Source: the human T2T-CHM13v2.0 reference genome, Homo sapiens. Taken from it: a DNA stretch of 64,000 nucleotides. Both the position numbers and the translations under genes were made by a program. A model generated the notes under the pieces. That model saw only the letters and a program-made list of their open reading frames with translations. It made no database searches and was not told where the DNA came from. The stretch is from NCBI RefSeq assembly GCF_009914755.1, contig NC_060927.1. One strand, written 5' to 3'. Positions 44,199 to 58,556 of the stretch are shown here, piece by piece (position 1 is the first letter of the stretch; each line of letters opens with the position of its first letter).

Positions 44199-45322
44199 CT
44201 TTAAGTGAAATCACACAGGGTATCTTTTTTGTGTGACTAGGTTATTTCACAGCATAATGTAGACTTCAACATTTGATGTGTTAAATTTGAAGTAATTATT
44301 TGACATCCAAGTGAGATGCCAAGGTGGCAGTGGTGGGAGGACATACTAAATAATCATTTGTGTGCTTTTTGTGTCTGTCTGCAAAATGCCAAATTCAACA
44401 CAAAGTCTCAGATCAAATTAGTCTGTATTTGATCTGACTCTGTATTTCACAGTGATTTCAGTTCCCGATGTGGGTGGGGAAGAGAGAATTTCCAAGGTAA
44501 ATTTTGAAATCTGACTTTTTTGGACTCCCAGTATGGGGTTAAAGAGTCAAGAATACTGGACTTAGAAACTATGGTGGAAATGTTGGTCTTATCACTACCT
44601 GAGTGACAATAGATGATTTACTTAATCTCTCTTAGCAATGATAGCTTTAAAACTGATTGAAGGTAATTATAAAGATATTGTATATGAAACCACCTGGTGA
44701 ACTGCAATAAGTATTTAGAACTACAATAAGTATTGTTAAATCTAAATGTATTTTATGTATTATGTACATATTATTATGTATATATTATATGACATATTTT
44801 TAAATGTTAGATCACTACTGTTTTGATATATTTTTACCTCTTTTGTTTTCAGTTATACCACTATTTTTGATACTATTTTTTCTTGTTTTCCAATCACAGA
44901 TTTATCTTGATTCAATTTATATTTTATTTAAATATCTAATGAGTTTATATAGATTGCAAGTACAATATCAATTTCTGTAATTATGTAGTGTTAGAAATTG
45001 CTCTGTAAATAAAGGAATTTTATTAAGAAAAAATATAATTTAGGAAATTAAAAAATGCATGATAGAAAATTTCTTGATACTAAATGAACAAGTATGTAAT
45101 GATTATTCTATGATTTCTCAGGAGTAGATAATCATCTTTTACTCAGCCTAAACCCAATTAAAAAAAGTCTTCTCTATTCTTATATTGTGTAAGGAATATA
45201 AAGGGAATATAATATTGGAAAGATTTGACTTTCTAAATATGATCATTCTACATCTTAAAAGGCAGGAGAAAACACAGTTTTAAGTAGATTTGGTAGAAAG
45301 GATTGTCAAAAATATAGGAGGG

Positions 45323-45352
45323 GTGTGTGTGTGTGTGTGTATGTGTGTGTGT
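45323..45352. repeat. (GT)n microsatellite
   Basis: Direct reading. Confidence 0.9.
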
Positions 45353-47869
45353 TGGTTATGTAGTAGTAATGATAATTTATAATAATTACAGTATGTAATA
45401 AGTGCTTTACACTAGATGAGTGCTTTTATATTTTGTATAACTTGGCATTATTTAATTTATTCTCTTTAGTCTTCTAATATTATGAACATATTCCCTTTTC
45501 ACATTTGGGAAATTCAAGGCTTCAAGAAGTTAAGCAACTGCCCTGTGGTCATACTGCTAAAGAGAAGCATCATTGCTTTTTAAGGGAGAATGCAAAATTG
45601 TCTATCTCATCTGCAGTCATGGCTTTGATTGCTCTTTTGTATTTATCTCAAGCACCTACTTTTCACAAGGTATTTTGTGATGTCTGTACACACTTACTGA
45701 CTTCCTACAGATGCCTAATGGGATTCACAGTTTACTTGAAAGCAGGTTTTGCCCAGCAAGAAATTAAGAAAGAATGTTTTTTAGAATTGTTATGATTCAT
45801 AAAACTACCTGAGGTCAACTTCAAACTTCCTGCACTTTGGCACTCCGAGTCTAATTATTTTCAGGTCTAAGCCTACTCTAAACTGGATGGTGTTTGTATA
45901 GTTCTAATCTTCTTTACCATTCTGTCCCAGTGGAAGAATTAGATAATAAGTGGATTGACCTCCGTTTTACAAACTCTTTTAAGTATCTATTTTATTGTGC
46001 TGATCAATATAGGGGCAATAGAAAGAGAGACAAAAGAAATTCTCTGCCTTCAAAAACATGTAGGAGAGGCAGAAAAAATACAAAGGTGAACTAAGTTAAA
46101 ACAGTGATATGAGTGAAAGACTCCTTGGTACAGTCCGACCAAGGTAATGGCCCTTACACCTGGAGCAAAGAAATCTAAACCTTCAAGGATTAGCATTGGG
46201 GTGTGAGCTACGGGTAGTATTTGGGTGTCCTATACACAGTGCTCCTTGAATACAATGGTGTCCGCAAAGGTCTAATGGGCTCACTCCAGCAAAGCTATCC
46301 TGAGGATAGCAGTTAGTTTGGCCCACAGTTTTAAGGTTATGCGATGATGCTGTCATCTGTCAGACTTGGACATATTACTGCTGATGGCGTTATTTCCTCT
46401 GCCCGATTTCTCACTCTCAGCATTTAACCTGCTTGAAATGGTAATGTGTGGTGATATGCCATCCACATCCTTTTGCCCTTCTGTTTGCCAAGTCTGCATT
46501 TTTCAATTTTTTTTCTCCCTGTGCCCTCCTAAAATTAAACGAATTACCTCTAAAAAACCTGAGAGCACCTACCTGATTTACAGCTGCCCTCTAACCCTGG
46601 TCACAGAGAGGACAGCAAACTTTTCCCTGGTATCTAGTGAATGATGCTAATACGCAAAATAATTTGAAATGTTTCTTTGCTTCTGGTTTACTTTTTAAAA
46701 AATACGTGATTTTTTTAAAGGAAGGTACTAAACTGCTTCATCTACAGAAGATTTAATTTAAATATTTCATTAAACATATTTGCAGTCTGAGAGAGTTAAT
46801 ATGGATTTGAAAACCAGTTAGATTTTTCAGTTAATTTTTTTAATGCCTGGCAGCTGGAATACATCACTGACATGCTGACACCATATTATTTAAAATAGCA
46901 TTGCCTGTGAGCCTAAGAGAAGCTATTTAAGATAAACCTCAAGAAGGCTGGTGAAATAATAGCTGAAGTTATGTTATGTCAGCCAGTTCCTCAGCATGGA
47001 ACAGCATTGTGAGGCCAGAGTTGTTATCCTTCACTGAGACATAAAATCTATATCTTGATTCTTTTGGTCATTTAAGGTCCTATGGGAATTGTACCCAGAG
47101 GGAGTGTGCTTTTATCCAGGTGTCTGGTTTATCCAGTGTCTTGGCCAAAGGTCAAGATGGATGGGACAGTCGTATCTTTTCAACGTGTTCAAAGTTTCAT
47201 TTAGATATGATCAGAGTACAGTTTTTGGAAAGGCTCTGGATTTGTCATTCTATATGTAGTTTGCAATTTGTGAAGAAGTAGGTTTAGCTGCTGGAGTGAC
47301 CAATATCAAACCTGCTAAAAAAGTGCCAATGTGGCAAAGGAATCCATGGAGTCTTTTAATCTAATAAATTATTTTAACTTCCATTTCTTTTACATTGAAA
47401 AGGTAATTTTAGTTTGGGTGATTAATCAGCAGCTTAACAGCGCTTTTTCTATAAGTTGAGGAACTTATTCCTTGTTCCCTTAGCTAAATGGGAGGAAAAA
47501 TCTTTAGGCCAGCAGTGGAGGTTGAAGAGAGCAACAATCTAAGTTAGAAACTTCTGCCTGCCATTCCATTCACTATTCTTATGTCTATAGGGGATAACAA
47601 AACTTTTAGTCTGTAAAATGAAATAAAAAGAACTCATCTCATAGAATTGCATTATCATCTAATATGATGTCCATTTGTAAATGGTAAGTCCTTATATAAT
47701 TGCCTCCTTGGACTGAGTGAGGTGTTCCATATTTAGCATATTTTGATAATACATTGATACTTTCCTAGAAAATGCACACACACACAAACCGTGTAAGCAA
47801 GAATGGTCCTGAATTATAATCATGAAATGGATGGTGTTTTGCTTTCCGTGTTGGCCCACCATCTTTTGA

Positions 47870-48511
<642 letters not shown>

Positions 48512-48789
48512 TAAAGCCTTTTTTCATACTATATTTTACAATCATGGGAGTCTTAGAATTGGGGACACGTAACATATAGTTCAGAGGGAATTTTAAAAAT
48601 GTAACATTTATTTTTTGGAGAGTTGCTTCATTCACAGAAATACAAAAGTAATAAGCAAATTGACAATGGGCAGTTTTTCTTCTAAACCCATTCCTCATAC
48701 CATTGTCTCTCCCCAGAGGCAAATGGCATTTGAACATATTAGAGCGTATAGACTTTTATTTTTAATGTTTGAAACACAAATGATATCTT

Positions 48790-49440
48790 ACAGAATATCT
48801 CAGCACATTATTTTTTAGGTAGAAATGTATCTGGGAGATTGTTCATTATCAGTGTGTAAACAGATTCATTTTTCTTTCTAAAGACTGTATATTATTTCAT
48901 TATATGTGTGCAATCTAACTTATTTAAATTTTATAGAATTTGTATTAATTTTTTTCTTCAGTATGAGGCGCCAGATTTCTCACAGTCCTTCAAGACACAG
49001 TCCATATTCAAACAAACTTGACAAGGTTTTTGGGACTAAATATAAAAGTCGCTTTATGTGTCTTTTATGTATAAAGGCATTTATAATAATTTTTTCTGGG
49101 TAATATCAGTTCATCTTCATTAATTTTTTTATATCAGCATATCTTTCTTCTTTATATATTATAGAAGCTAGCTATTTGTCTGTTAAATAATTTGTAAATA
49201 TTTTTCCAGGTTTTCATTCATGTTTGTTTATGGTAATTTTTGTCATACAGAAAAGTTATAATTTTACGTAGTAGGACTAATTAATCTTTTTTATCTTTTG
49301 AGTTTGTGTCATATTCAAACATGTCTTTTTCATTCTGAGGTTATTAAAATTATCTTCCATTGTTCCCACTACAATTTTATGATTTAGATTTTTACATTGT
49401 AAAGATGGATTCATCTGGAACTTACTGTGGTTTAAAATAC
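48790..49440 (-). mobile_element. Ancient L1M fragments
   Basis: Degenerate L1 3' motifs (tatttgtctgttaaataatttgtaaatatttttccag; attcatctggaacttactgtgg). Confidence 0.45.
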
Positions 49441-50031
49441 TGTAGAGTAGGTACTATTTTATTACTTTACTGGAGGTTTTTACTTAGATGCAACAGTTTG
49501 GTTGAAATCTGAATATTTTCTAATGTTTTAAAAGAACAAACCTGTTTTTATTGTTACACGAAGTCTTAAGTGGAGAGAGAAAAAATGAAGAAATCCATCG
49601 TCTTCTATCTTGTGACTATTGGTGAGGGATCTTGAACTGGTCAGAGAAGAGGAAGAGGAAATGAAGGTCGGTTGTTGAGGGAGTAGAGAAGAAAACACCA
49701 GCTAGAAGCTGGAGTAAAAATAAGAGCAAATATTTTCGTATTTCTCTATTTTTTTTTTCTTAGAGATTGATCCTTAAAGCACTCATTAGTACATAATGAA
49801 ATTTTAAATTTTAAATAAAAAGTATTTCAAATATAAAAGAACATTTTTCTATACCCGATAACAAGATTAAGGTCGTATAAATTAACAGAAGAAAGATGAG
49901 AATTAGAGGGTGTTTTCCAATTTGGCAATGCTACTTGTGTAGACTAGAAGATTAGCAATTTTTCACTAAAGCTGAAAATACTTTTTGTTAACATCCAGTA
50001 AGTAGGTTTTAAATCTTTGCTGAAACCCTGA

Positions 50032-50520
<489 letters not shown>

Positions 50521-51059
50521 TGAGAAGCTCATTAGATGTCGGCATTTAGAATAACTTCTAGTATAAAATAGTAGAAAAAGTCAGTAATCATAACCTTTTG
50601 TTTTCTTTCAAAGATTATTAGAAGACATCTGCAATGCATCATTAAATATTGGGTATTGGGTTCACATTTTGGCATAAAAATACAAGTTAAATAAATGAAG
50701 AATACATGGCACACACAGTAAATAAGTATTGAAGAAAAATTATAGATGCGTAGTTTGTTACAACTAGATCTGGTGATGCAATATGATAAAAATTTAAAAA
50801 GACCCATGGAATCCTAAAAAGGACACATTTAGAAGTAGTTTATTCCCATGCGTTAATGTGGTTTGTGAGCTGGATATATCAATATAGTACATAAAAAGGA
50901 GCATTGCATTTGAAGTGAAAAGTTCTGGGATTAAATCTCAATTCTATTAATTTGGGGGCCTTAATTTTCTAATTTGTAAAGCAAAGCTATTTTGCTAGGA
51001 GAGTTTCCCTGCTGTGGGCTATTTTGGCAAGCTGCTAAGCCCTATATAGACCCAGTCTC

Positions 51060-51502
51060 AAAAATTATGTTTCAACTGCTTCAGTTAAAATGCACAGGGT
51101 TAAAAGGAAAGCAATGATATTAAACTGCAATTACCTAAGTAACATACAAATTTGCATTTTTGTAATATATAGGCTTTTTAAAATTAACACATTAAATGAC
51201 AAAAGTCAGCAAAGTGTCTCATAACTGCAGTATTTCCAAATTAGCAATAAGTTCAAGTGATATTTCAATGTTTTGGCAATAACTGAAATATGATATAAAA
51301 ACATGATTTTATTTGGTTGCAAAGTTACAAGTACTACTAATATTGTAACAAATGTTACTGGGTGCGTGGCCTGTTTCATAATTGAATGGAATGTTGAATT
51401 TCAGTTAGAAGCAAGTGAAAATAAAGATTTTTATTTTTTTCTGGTTCACCAAGTTCTCAGATCTTTAATTCTATTTGTGGATCTCAGGGTAAGAACCCTT
51501 GG
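51060..51502. mobile_element. hAT DNA transposon relic
   Basis: aatttcagttagaagcaagtgaaaataaagat...cagggtaagaaccctt terminal motif. Confidence 0.5.
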
Positions 51503-51821
51503 GCATTAGGATCTTTAGGTTCTTTTCTCAGTTTCACGTGTAATGATTTATCCATGATCCTTCAATGTTTACATGTTCACACTGCCCAGGACCACATCTA
51601 TAAAGTTCTAAACTAAAAATGTTATAACAAAATTTTGTCAAATTACCTCCAGCTAATCAAATAACACAATTCTTCTTACTACCATTAGTTAGAAATTAAA
51701 GTTTAATTTTTCACTAGTTCTAATGAAAATTTCTTAAAACAAACATAAAGGTGACCTACCATCTAAGAGTGCCTATGTTAGTCAGAGTTCCCCAAAGAAA
51801 CAGAATCAATAGGATATATCT

Positions 51822-52190
51822 TGCTATAGACTAAATGTTTGTGTCCCCTCAAAATTCACACGTTGAAGACAAAATCCCCAATGTTGATGTTATTTGTGGG
51901 TGGGGCCTTTGGAAAGTACATAGGTCATGAGGATGGAGCCCTAGTGAATGAAATTAATGCCCTTATAAAAAGAGAGGTAGATACAAGATCTCTCTCTCTC
52001 TCTTTCTGCTCCTCATCACGTAAGGATACCACGGGAAAACTGGCATCTGCAAACCAGGAAGAAAGCCTTCTCTAGAACTTACCGTGATGGCACTCTGATG
52101 AACTTCCCAGACTCCAGAGCCATTATAAATACATTTCTGTTGTTTAAGCCACCTGTTACAGCATTCTCTTATAGCAGCCCAGACCAACTA

Positions 52191-52195
<5 letters not shown>
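51822..52195 (+). mobile_element. MLT1A-type LTR nested in MLT2
   Basis: tgctatagactaaatgtttgtgtcccctcaaaattc...gcagcccagaccaactaataca. Confidence 0.85.

Positions 52196-52225
<30 letters not shown>
52193..52225. repeat. (CA)n microsatellite
   Basis: About 16 pure units. Confidence 0.95.
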
Positions 52226-52230
<5 letters not shown>

Positions 52231-52967
52231 TTTATATATACATTAATAACATAATTATACAGTAATATATAACTATATGAATTTGTGTGTGTGTGTGTGT
52301 ATTTGTAGATATAAGGAGATTATAAGGATTTGTCTCATGTGGTTATGGTGGCTGACAAGCCCAGAGATCTGCGGTTGGAAAGATACAGAGCTAAGAGAGA
52401 CAATAGTGTAGTGCTTGTCTGAATTTGAAGGTCTGAGCACCAGGAAAGCTATTAAGTTTCAGTCCAAAAGCCAACAGGCTTGAGACTCTTAAAAAGCTTA
52501 TTTTTGGGGGGTTCAGAACCAAAGAAAGGAAAAGACCAATGTTCTAGTTCAAGGCAGTCAGACAGAAGGAGTTCTCCCACTCCCCTTTCTTGTGGGAAGG
52601 TCAGCCTTTTTGTTCCATTCAGGTCTTCAGCTGATGAGATGAGGGGTGTCCACATTGAGTAGGGCAATCTGCTTTACTCAGCCTGTCAATTCAATGTTAA
52701 TTTAATCTAATAACACTCTCATAGACATACTCAGAATGATATTTGACCAAATATCTGGGCATCCCATGGCCCAGCCAAGTTGACACTTAAAATTAACCAT
52801 CACACTGCCCTATAGCAAGAAATCATTTTTTTAACATCATTGGTGTCATTGTAATAATTGGTACTTTACTATACTGTAAAAACCAGGAAAACCAGTGAGA
52901 TAAATTATTTCTACAAAATTGAACTTACAAGACTATAACTGAAACGAAAAGAAAGTGACTTAATTTT

Positions 52968-53430
<463 letters not shown>

Positions 53431-55155
53431 TTATTAAGCAGATTTTAAAAATACTTTTAGAAACTTGTCAATTGTCTTGGCATCACTATTTAACTAATGC
53501 AAGTATTGACTTAATTTTTTTATCTTACATGATCATTTACTATAAAGTTTTGCCTTTCATCTTAAAACTGTACTTGCAAAGAGCATACAGATTTAGGACT
53601 GAGGTAGTGATTTCATTTCAGGTCTTCTATGGACTTGTGGGTGGAAAATTAAGCTAGTGACATAACCATGGTCCTTGCCTGAACTTGCCCCTGTTATGAA
53701 CTGGAATAAAAATGCTTGTTATCAAACATTAAATATGAGGCATTTTGAACTCCTTGGATGAAATTCTTAACATGAATTTACTCAGCCTTGTAAATAAATT
53801 TTAAAAATTAATTGACCTGCACAAATTTGCTGCCAACCTCCCCTCTTCCATGGTGCTTAACTTCTAGTAAAACAAAGAAAATTAACATTTCTTCCTACTA
53901 GTCTCTCAAATATTAATGCTTATGAGGGTTGAGTAGATCAATGTCTATTACCTCACATGGATCTGTTATAATCCACTGAAGTGCTGTGAGGAAAAACTAT
54001 TCACATTAGGATTGAATATAGATTTACAATCACTGCAGGTCTGTGAATTTGGCCTTAAATTCATTACATTAAAGTAATGAATAATGAAGATTTAGAGAAT
54101 AGTGTTTCTATGCCAGGAATGTTTTTCTCTTAAGGGAAATCCCTAGATAAAATGACCTTGGGAAAAAGAAAAACCCTCAAATCTGCAAATTGGGTTCCTA
54201 GCTTTTGGGTTATCTGGGCAAATTGGGTTATCTGACTTTTTAACTTTGAAGCTAGTTAGAAACAAAAGCATGAAAGGACAAAATGAACACAGGTTTGAAG
54301 GTAATGTGCTTCTTCCCCTCATCACTGGTTAAATTAGTGAGAGTGGGAAGTAAAGAATGAGGTAGACAAAGAAAGAGAGAGGAGGAGAAAAGATTGTGTG
54401 TGGAGTGGGGATGGGGTGGGGGAATGGTGAGTTAAGTCCTCTGCAAGGCCAACAGAGAAACTCTGGGTTCAGTAGGTGAGAAACAAGCTCCAGGAGTATT
54501 CCTCAGAAAACTGTGTTGTCCCTGAAGCCTCCATCTTGGTTTGGCTTTTTTGAAGCATTTTCCCTCCCTTTGGGCTTGATGATGACATGAGGCGGCTCAA
54601 AAGTTAAGTGCTCCCAGCTATCAGTCACTCAACCCTCTTTTTCTATATGCTATCCCCTCTCCATAAATAGTCCACATGTAGCATCAGAGATGTAGTTTAA
54701 TAGATCTTAACCCTCAAAATAGAATTGTAAGATATTTCTAGATAATGCTCACTCTGTTGCCATCTTAGTTGGTTTACCAAAAAAAAAAAAAAAAAGTTTT
54801 TATATGGCAGAGGCAGCAATATAAACCTTTAGGGAAAAAATTAGACTTTTAAATAAATAGGCAAGGCAGAGCAAACTATAGTAGGAAGAATGCAGAAGTG
54901 TTTGGGGGAGTGTAATCTTGAAAGCTGAATGCTGCCCTTTTGATTTGCCTGAACAATACAAAACATGTAAATAATTATGTACTTAAAAGAAACCATGGAA
55001 ATGGAATGCAATGAAAATATTGAAGCTAAATGATAGTAGCTATAGCAAGAACAGAGAGACTAGAAGAGAACTCACAGTGGCTTCAGAAATAACAGGCTGA
55101 GGCTAAACCAGAACTGTGCTCTATGTAACTGTTAGAGCAAACAAATGTTGCAAGT

Positions 55156-55283
55156 AGCTGGGCCCAGTAGTCCCAGCTATTCAGGAGGCTGAGGTGGGAG
55201 GATCCCTTAAACCCAGAAGGTCAAGCTCAGCCTGGGCAACATTTAGCAACATAGTGAGACTCTATCTTGAAAAAAAAAAAAAA
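55156..55283 (+). mobile_element. FLAM-type Alu monomer
   Basis: gtagtcccagctattcaggaggctgaggtgggaggatc...gtgagactctatcttg(A)n; flanking ttgcaag repeat. Confidence 0.75.
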
Positions 55284-56564
55284 TTGCAAGGATTGATTGG
55301 AATGGGGTCATTTGTGCAATGTTAGAAAGGTGCATATGTAAGAAACTAACACCTTTTGTCAGAGGGCAGCTATTATATAACTAAATGTTTATATAACTAA
55401 TGATGACAATGAAAATATCAAATATTAAACTTAAATGCAATGTTTATTTTTTAAAAAATAATTTTTAATAGGCACATATTGTAGAATTTGACATTGTTAA
55501 TTTTTGACCATGACATTTTTCTGTTGAGAAAAAAATTTCGATCTAAGGAGCATGGCTGAGCATGGGTGGATGTTAAGAGTTAACGTATGTAAAACAAAAT
55601 TAATGCCAAATCTATATTTTCATTTATGTTGAGTAGGATGCTTTTGCTGTCTTGAAAAGACATACATGTTACTTCATTAAAGAGAAAGTAGGTCATTTAA
55701 AAATGATTTTTACTTTCATCAGTCAGGCATCTGGAGAAAGTAAAGACCAGATCTTATCATATCCTCATTAATGACATAAAATGGTGCAACAATCTCGATT
55801 TCACAAATTCAAATACCTCTGGCCCTATTCAGTAAATCTGAATGAGTAGAGCAGGCTCAATGTGAGACACTAGTGATGGATGTTAATAAATGTCTTGCCT
55901 GCCTCAGGCATTCAAATTCAACTTAAAAACAAAGAACAACAACAAAAACCTAGCTAAACAAATACCTCCAGAGGTGCTCGGGATTTATAACATGATATAA
56001 AATAGTTTGTTTTTCATGTTCTAGTGCTTAAGACTAGCTCTTCTTTGGGACTATTCAAGACCCTCTCTAAACTGTCCCAGCTTAATATAAAATCCCCAGG
56101 AGTCTTAAGCCAGAGGAATGTGTCAGAAAGTGAAAAAGGATTACCCCCACTTTCGAAAAATTCAGCTTTGAAAAGAAGCAAATTGCTGGTGGGGGGTGGG
56201 GGTCACCATAAAAAGGATTAAGTTGCTACTGATTAGACTGTATGGTAAAAACATTCTTTTTCTATTTCCAAAGTGGTTAATCAGCCAAAATAGTTGTAAA
56301 CACATTAAGCAGAAACACTGCCTTGTCTGTAAACTGAAACCCTGACTTGCTTGTAAAGGTTCATACTGGCTTTCCATTTTAATTGATGTTTAACTTTGTT
56401 GCAAAGATCTTTCCATTAGGTCTTCAAAGAAACTAGATAGTTATTAAAACATTATTATATGTTTATAACATCCAGCACTGTGGTTGAAAAAAGTTGGAAT
56501 AACTTATTTTCTTAATATTACACCACATATTTTCAAGTCTTTTGATAAATATTAGCAAAAGACA

Positions 56565-57057
56565 TGGTGATCTGAAAAGGAAAAGTGGGGAGCTTTATTT
56601 TCTATTAAAAACAACCATCTGCAGACTAGGGAGGCACAGCTTTTAGTAGAAGTGAAAGTGTATTTTCTGAAGAACAAAGGGAGGGTCTAGCTTAAATAGG
56701 GAAAATTCCCCACTCAGTTCTCAATCAGGCCTGTTTATGCAAATGAAGGATTCAAACTTGTTTAGTTCTGATTGGTCAAAATAGTAGAGTACTGATTGGG
56801 TGTTTTCTATGTTCCCAGAACTCTCTGTCAAACTTTTGATTGGTTGTTTTCTATGCCCCAAACGAGAACTCTGTGTCAAACTTTTCTTTCAAAGGGCTGG
56901 TGAGGGGTGGTTTCCAGCTCCAGTTTCTCTTGTGTCTGGTTACAGGAACTGTTCTGGCTCAGGGTGTAAAGCAAATGTTTGTGGAGCTGCTTTTTCCAAG
57001 AATGGAAAAAGCTTTTTCTCACTCTAGTAAGTCCACTTGCTTCTGTTTTTAAATTTC
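56565..57057 (-). mobile_element. ERV1-type solo LTR (family unassigned)
   Basis: Poly(A) signal (tttatt), three CCAAT boxes, octamer; plus-strand end ...aaatttca reads TG on the minus strand. Confidence 0.55.
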
Positions 57058-57635
57058 ATCGTCCCTGTTAACCACAGGGACATCTACCTCCCCTGTAAAG
57101 CTTGGGTCTGATTTTATAGTTTTATTTTATATAGATTATATTTAAAAGTATTTTTGAAATTATGTCACGCCAGAGAAGCATGAGAGGTTGAAAAGTTGAT
57201 GTCTTGATTCAAAGGCAAACATGGATTGAGTACATACTTTATGCGCTTGTTATGACACTTGATGTTCTTATACTTATTGTCTCATTTTCTCACAACTGTC
57301 CGGGAGATTGCTATTCTTCCACGTTTCATAGTTGATGCCATTGCATCTCAGAAATGTTCTAGATTTTTGAGAAATTTATTAAAGAAGACATTTTAATGAA
57401 TATTAATTATAAAACCCTTTAGTTTGTTTCATTTTCGTAAAGCTGCTGTCATTTGTTTTGCATGCCAGACAACTCTTAGTTTAAGAAATAATAGCCTATA
57501 TCATCTTATATTCCCCAGAGCTTGAACTTAGCTGTGTGGTTCACTATGGCCCACTGTAGTTGTTGGCATATAATTTTAAAACATCTAGGAATATGCTTTC
57601 AGGAAGAAATGAAGAAAGTTTCTTCTCTAGTTTTT

Positions 57636-57953
57636 TATTTTTATTTTTATTTATTTATTTGTTATTTATTGAGATGGAGCCTTGCTCTTGTTGCCCAGCC
57701 TGGAGTGCAATGGTACACTCTCGGCTCACTGCAACCTCTGCCTCCTGGGTTCAAACAAGTCTCCTGCTTCATCCTGCTGAATAGCTGGAATTACAGGCTC
57801 CTGCCACCACACCCGGCTAATTTTTCTATTTTTAGTAGGGACGAGCTTTCACCATGTTGGCCAGGCTGGTCTCAAACTGCTAACCTCAGGTGACCCGCCT
57901 GCCTCAGCCTCCCAAAGTGCTGGGATTACAGGGGTGAGCCACCACGCCCGGCC
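57636..57953 (-). mobile_element. AluSp/Sq-like
   Basis: gctcttgttgccc and gtgcaatgg diagnostics; TSD tcttctctagttttt (57621-57635, 57954-57968). Confidence 0.92.
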
Positions 57954-58184
57954 TCTTCTCTAGTTTTTAATAGACATTTTAAGAAGAACAGAATTATACC
58001 CTACAAAGCATTCTTTAAGTTTATGGGAAACCTTAATTAAAAAAACAAAATGCTACACCTTTTTAGAGACTCAACATTCTTTTTTAAATATCGTCAGAGT
58101 CATCAGAGTTCAAATTCAGCTTATGATAAAAAATGCTTTTGAAGCAACAACAGCAAGCAAAGCTTTAATTCTGGCCAATGCTAG

Positions 58185-58351
58185 TTATGCTTCAGTGAGC
58201 GTCAGAATCAAAGAGGACAGTTACAATGCAGATTCCTGGGCTCTACCACCCATTAGGTAGGACAGTGTGGGGCCTAAGCATTTGCATTTTTAACAGTCTC
58301 CAGGGAGACATTGATGCTGCTGATCTGTGGACCATGTTTTGAGTAGCACTG
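58185..58351. mobile_element. MER5A/B (hAT-Charlie)
   Basis: atgcagattcctgggctc...tttgcatttttaaca...tgatgctgctgatctgtggaccatgttttgagtagcactg. Confidence 0.75.
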
Positions 58352-58409
58352 ATCTAGGGATGACCTGGGAAGCATAGTATGTGTTAACAATTTAAATTAT
58401 GTTTTTCAG

Positions 58410-58556
58410 AAAAATAATTTCAACTGTACCAGAAGAGCCCAGTGCCCAGAAACCAATATCAGTTCTATACAGATACAAGGTGATGCTGATTATTTCATCA
58501 ACCATCTTGGAGTTCCCATCGTGCAGTTTGCTTACGAGGACATCAAAACATTAGAG
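58410..58556 (+). CDS. NAALADL2: Internal coding exon of NAALADL2 (inactive N-acetylated-alpha-linked acidic dipeptidase-like 2, M28 family); probably exon 10
   Basis: Acceptor tgtttttcag| ends at 58409 and donor GAG|gtgatt starts at 58557. The 147 nt read openly as KNNFNCTRRAQCPETNISSIQIQGDADYFINHLGVPIVQFAYEDIKTLE, which I recognise as human NAALADL2. GDADYFINHLGV aligns with PSMA/FOLH1 NDFEVFFQRLGI. Sequons NCT and NIS. Exon number is from memory. Confidence 0.95.

Larger units (their letters stand above)
51774..52804 (-). mobile_element. MLT2 (MLT2B-type) solo LTR, split by MLT1A
   Basis: tatgttagtcagagttcccc...ccaagttgacacttaaaattaaccatcaca; TSD gtgcc/ctgcc. Confidence 0.85.

Noticed and set aside
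47717-47735. gtgaggtgttccatattt resembling the U6 snRNA 3' end
   Set aside because: Only ~18 nt with mismatches; no upstream U6 sequence, tail or TSD
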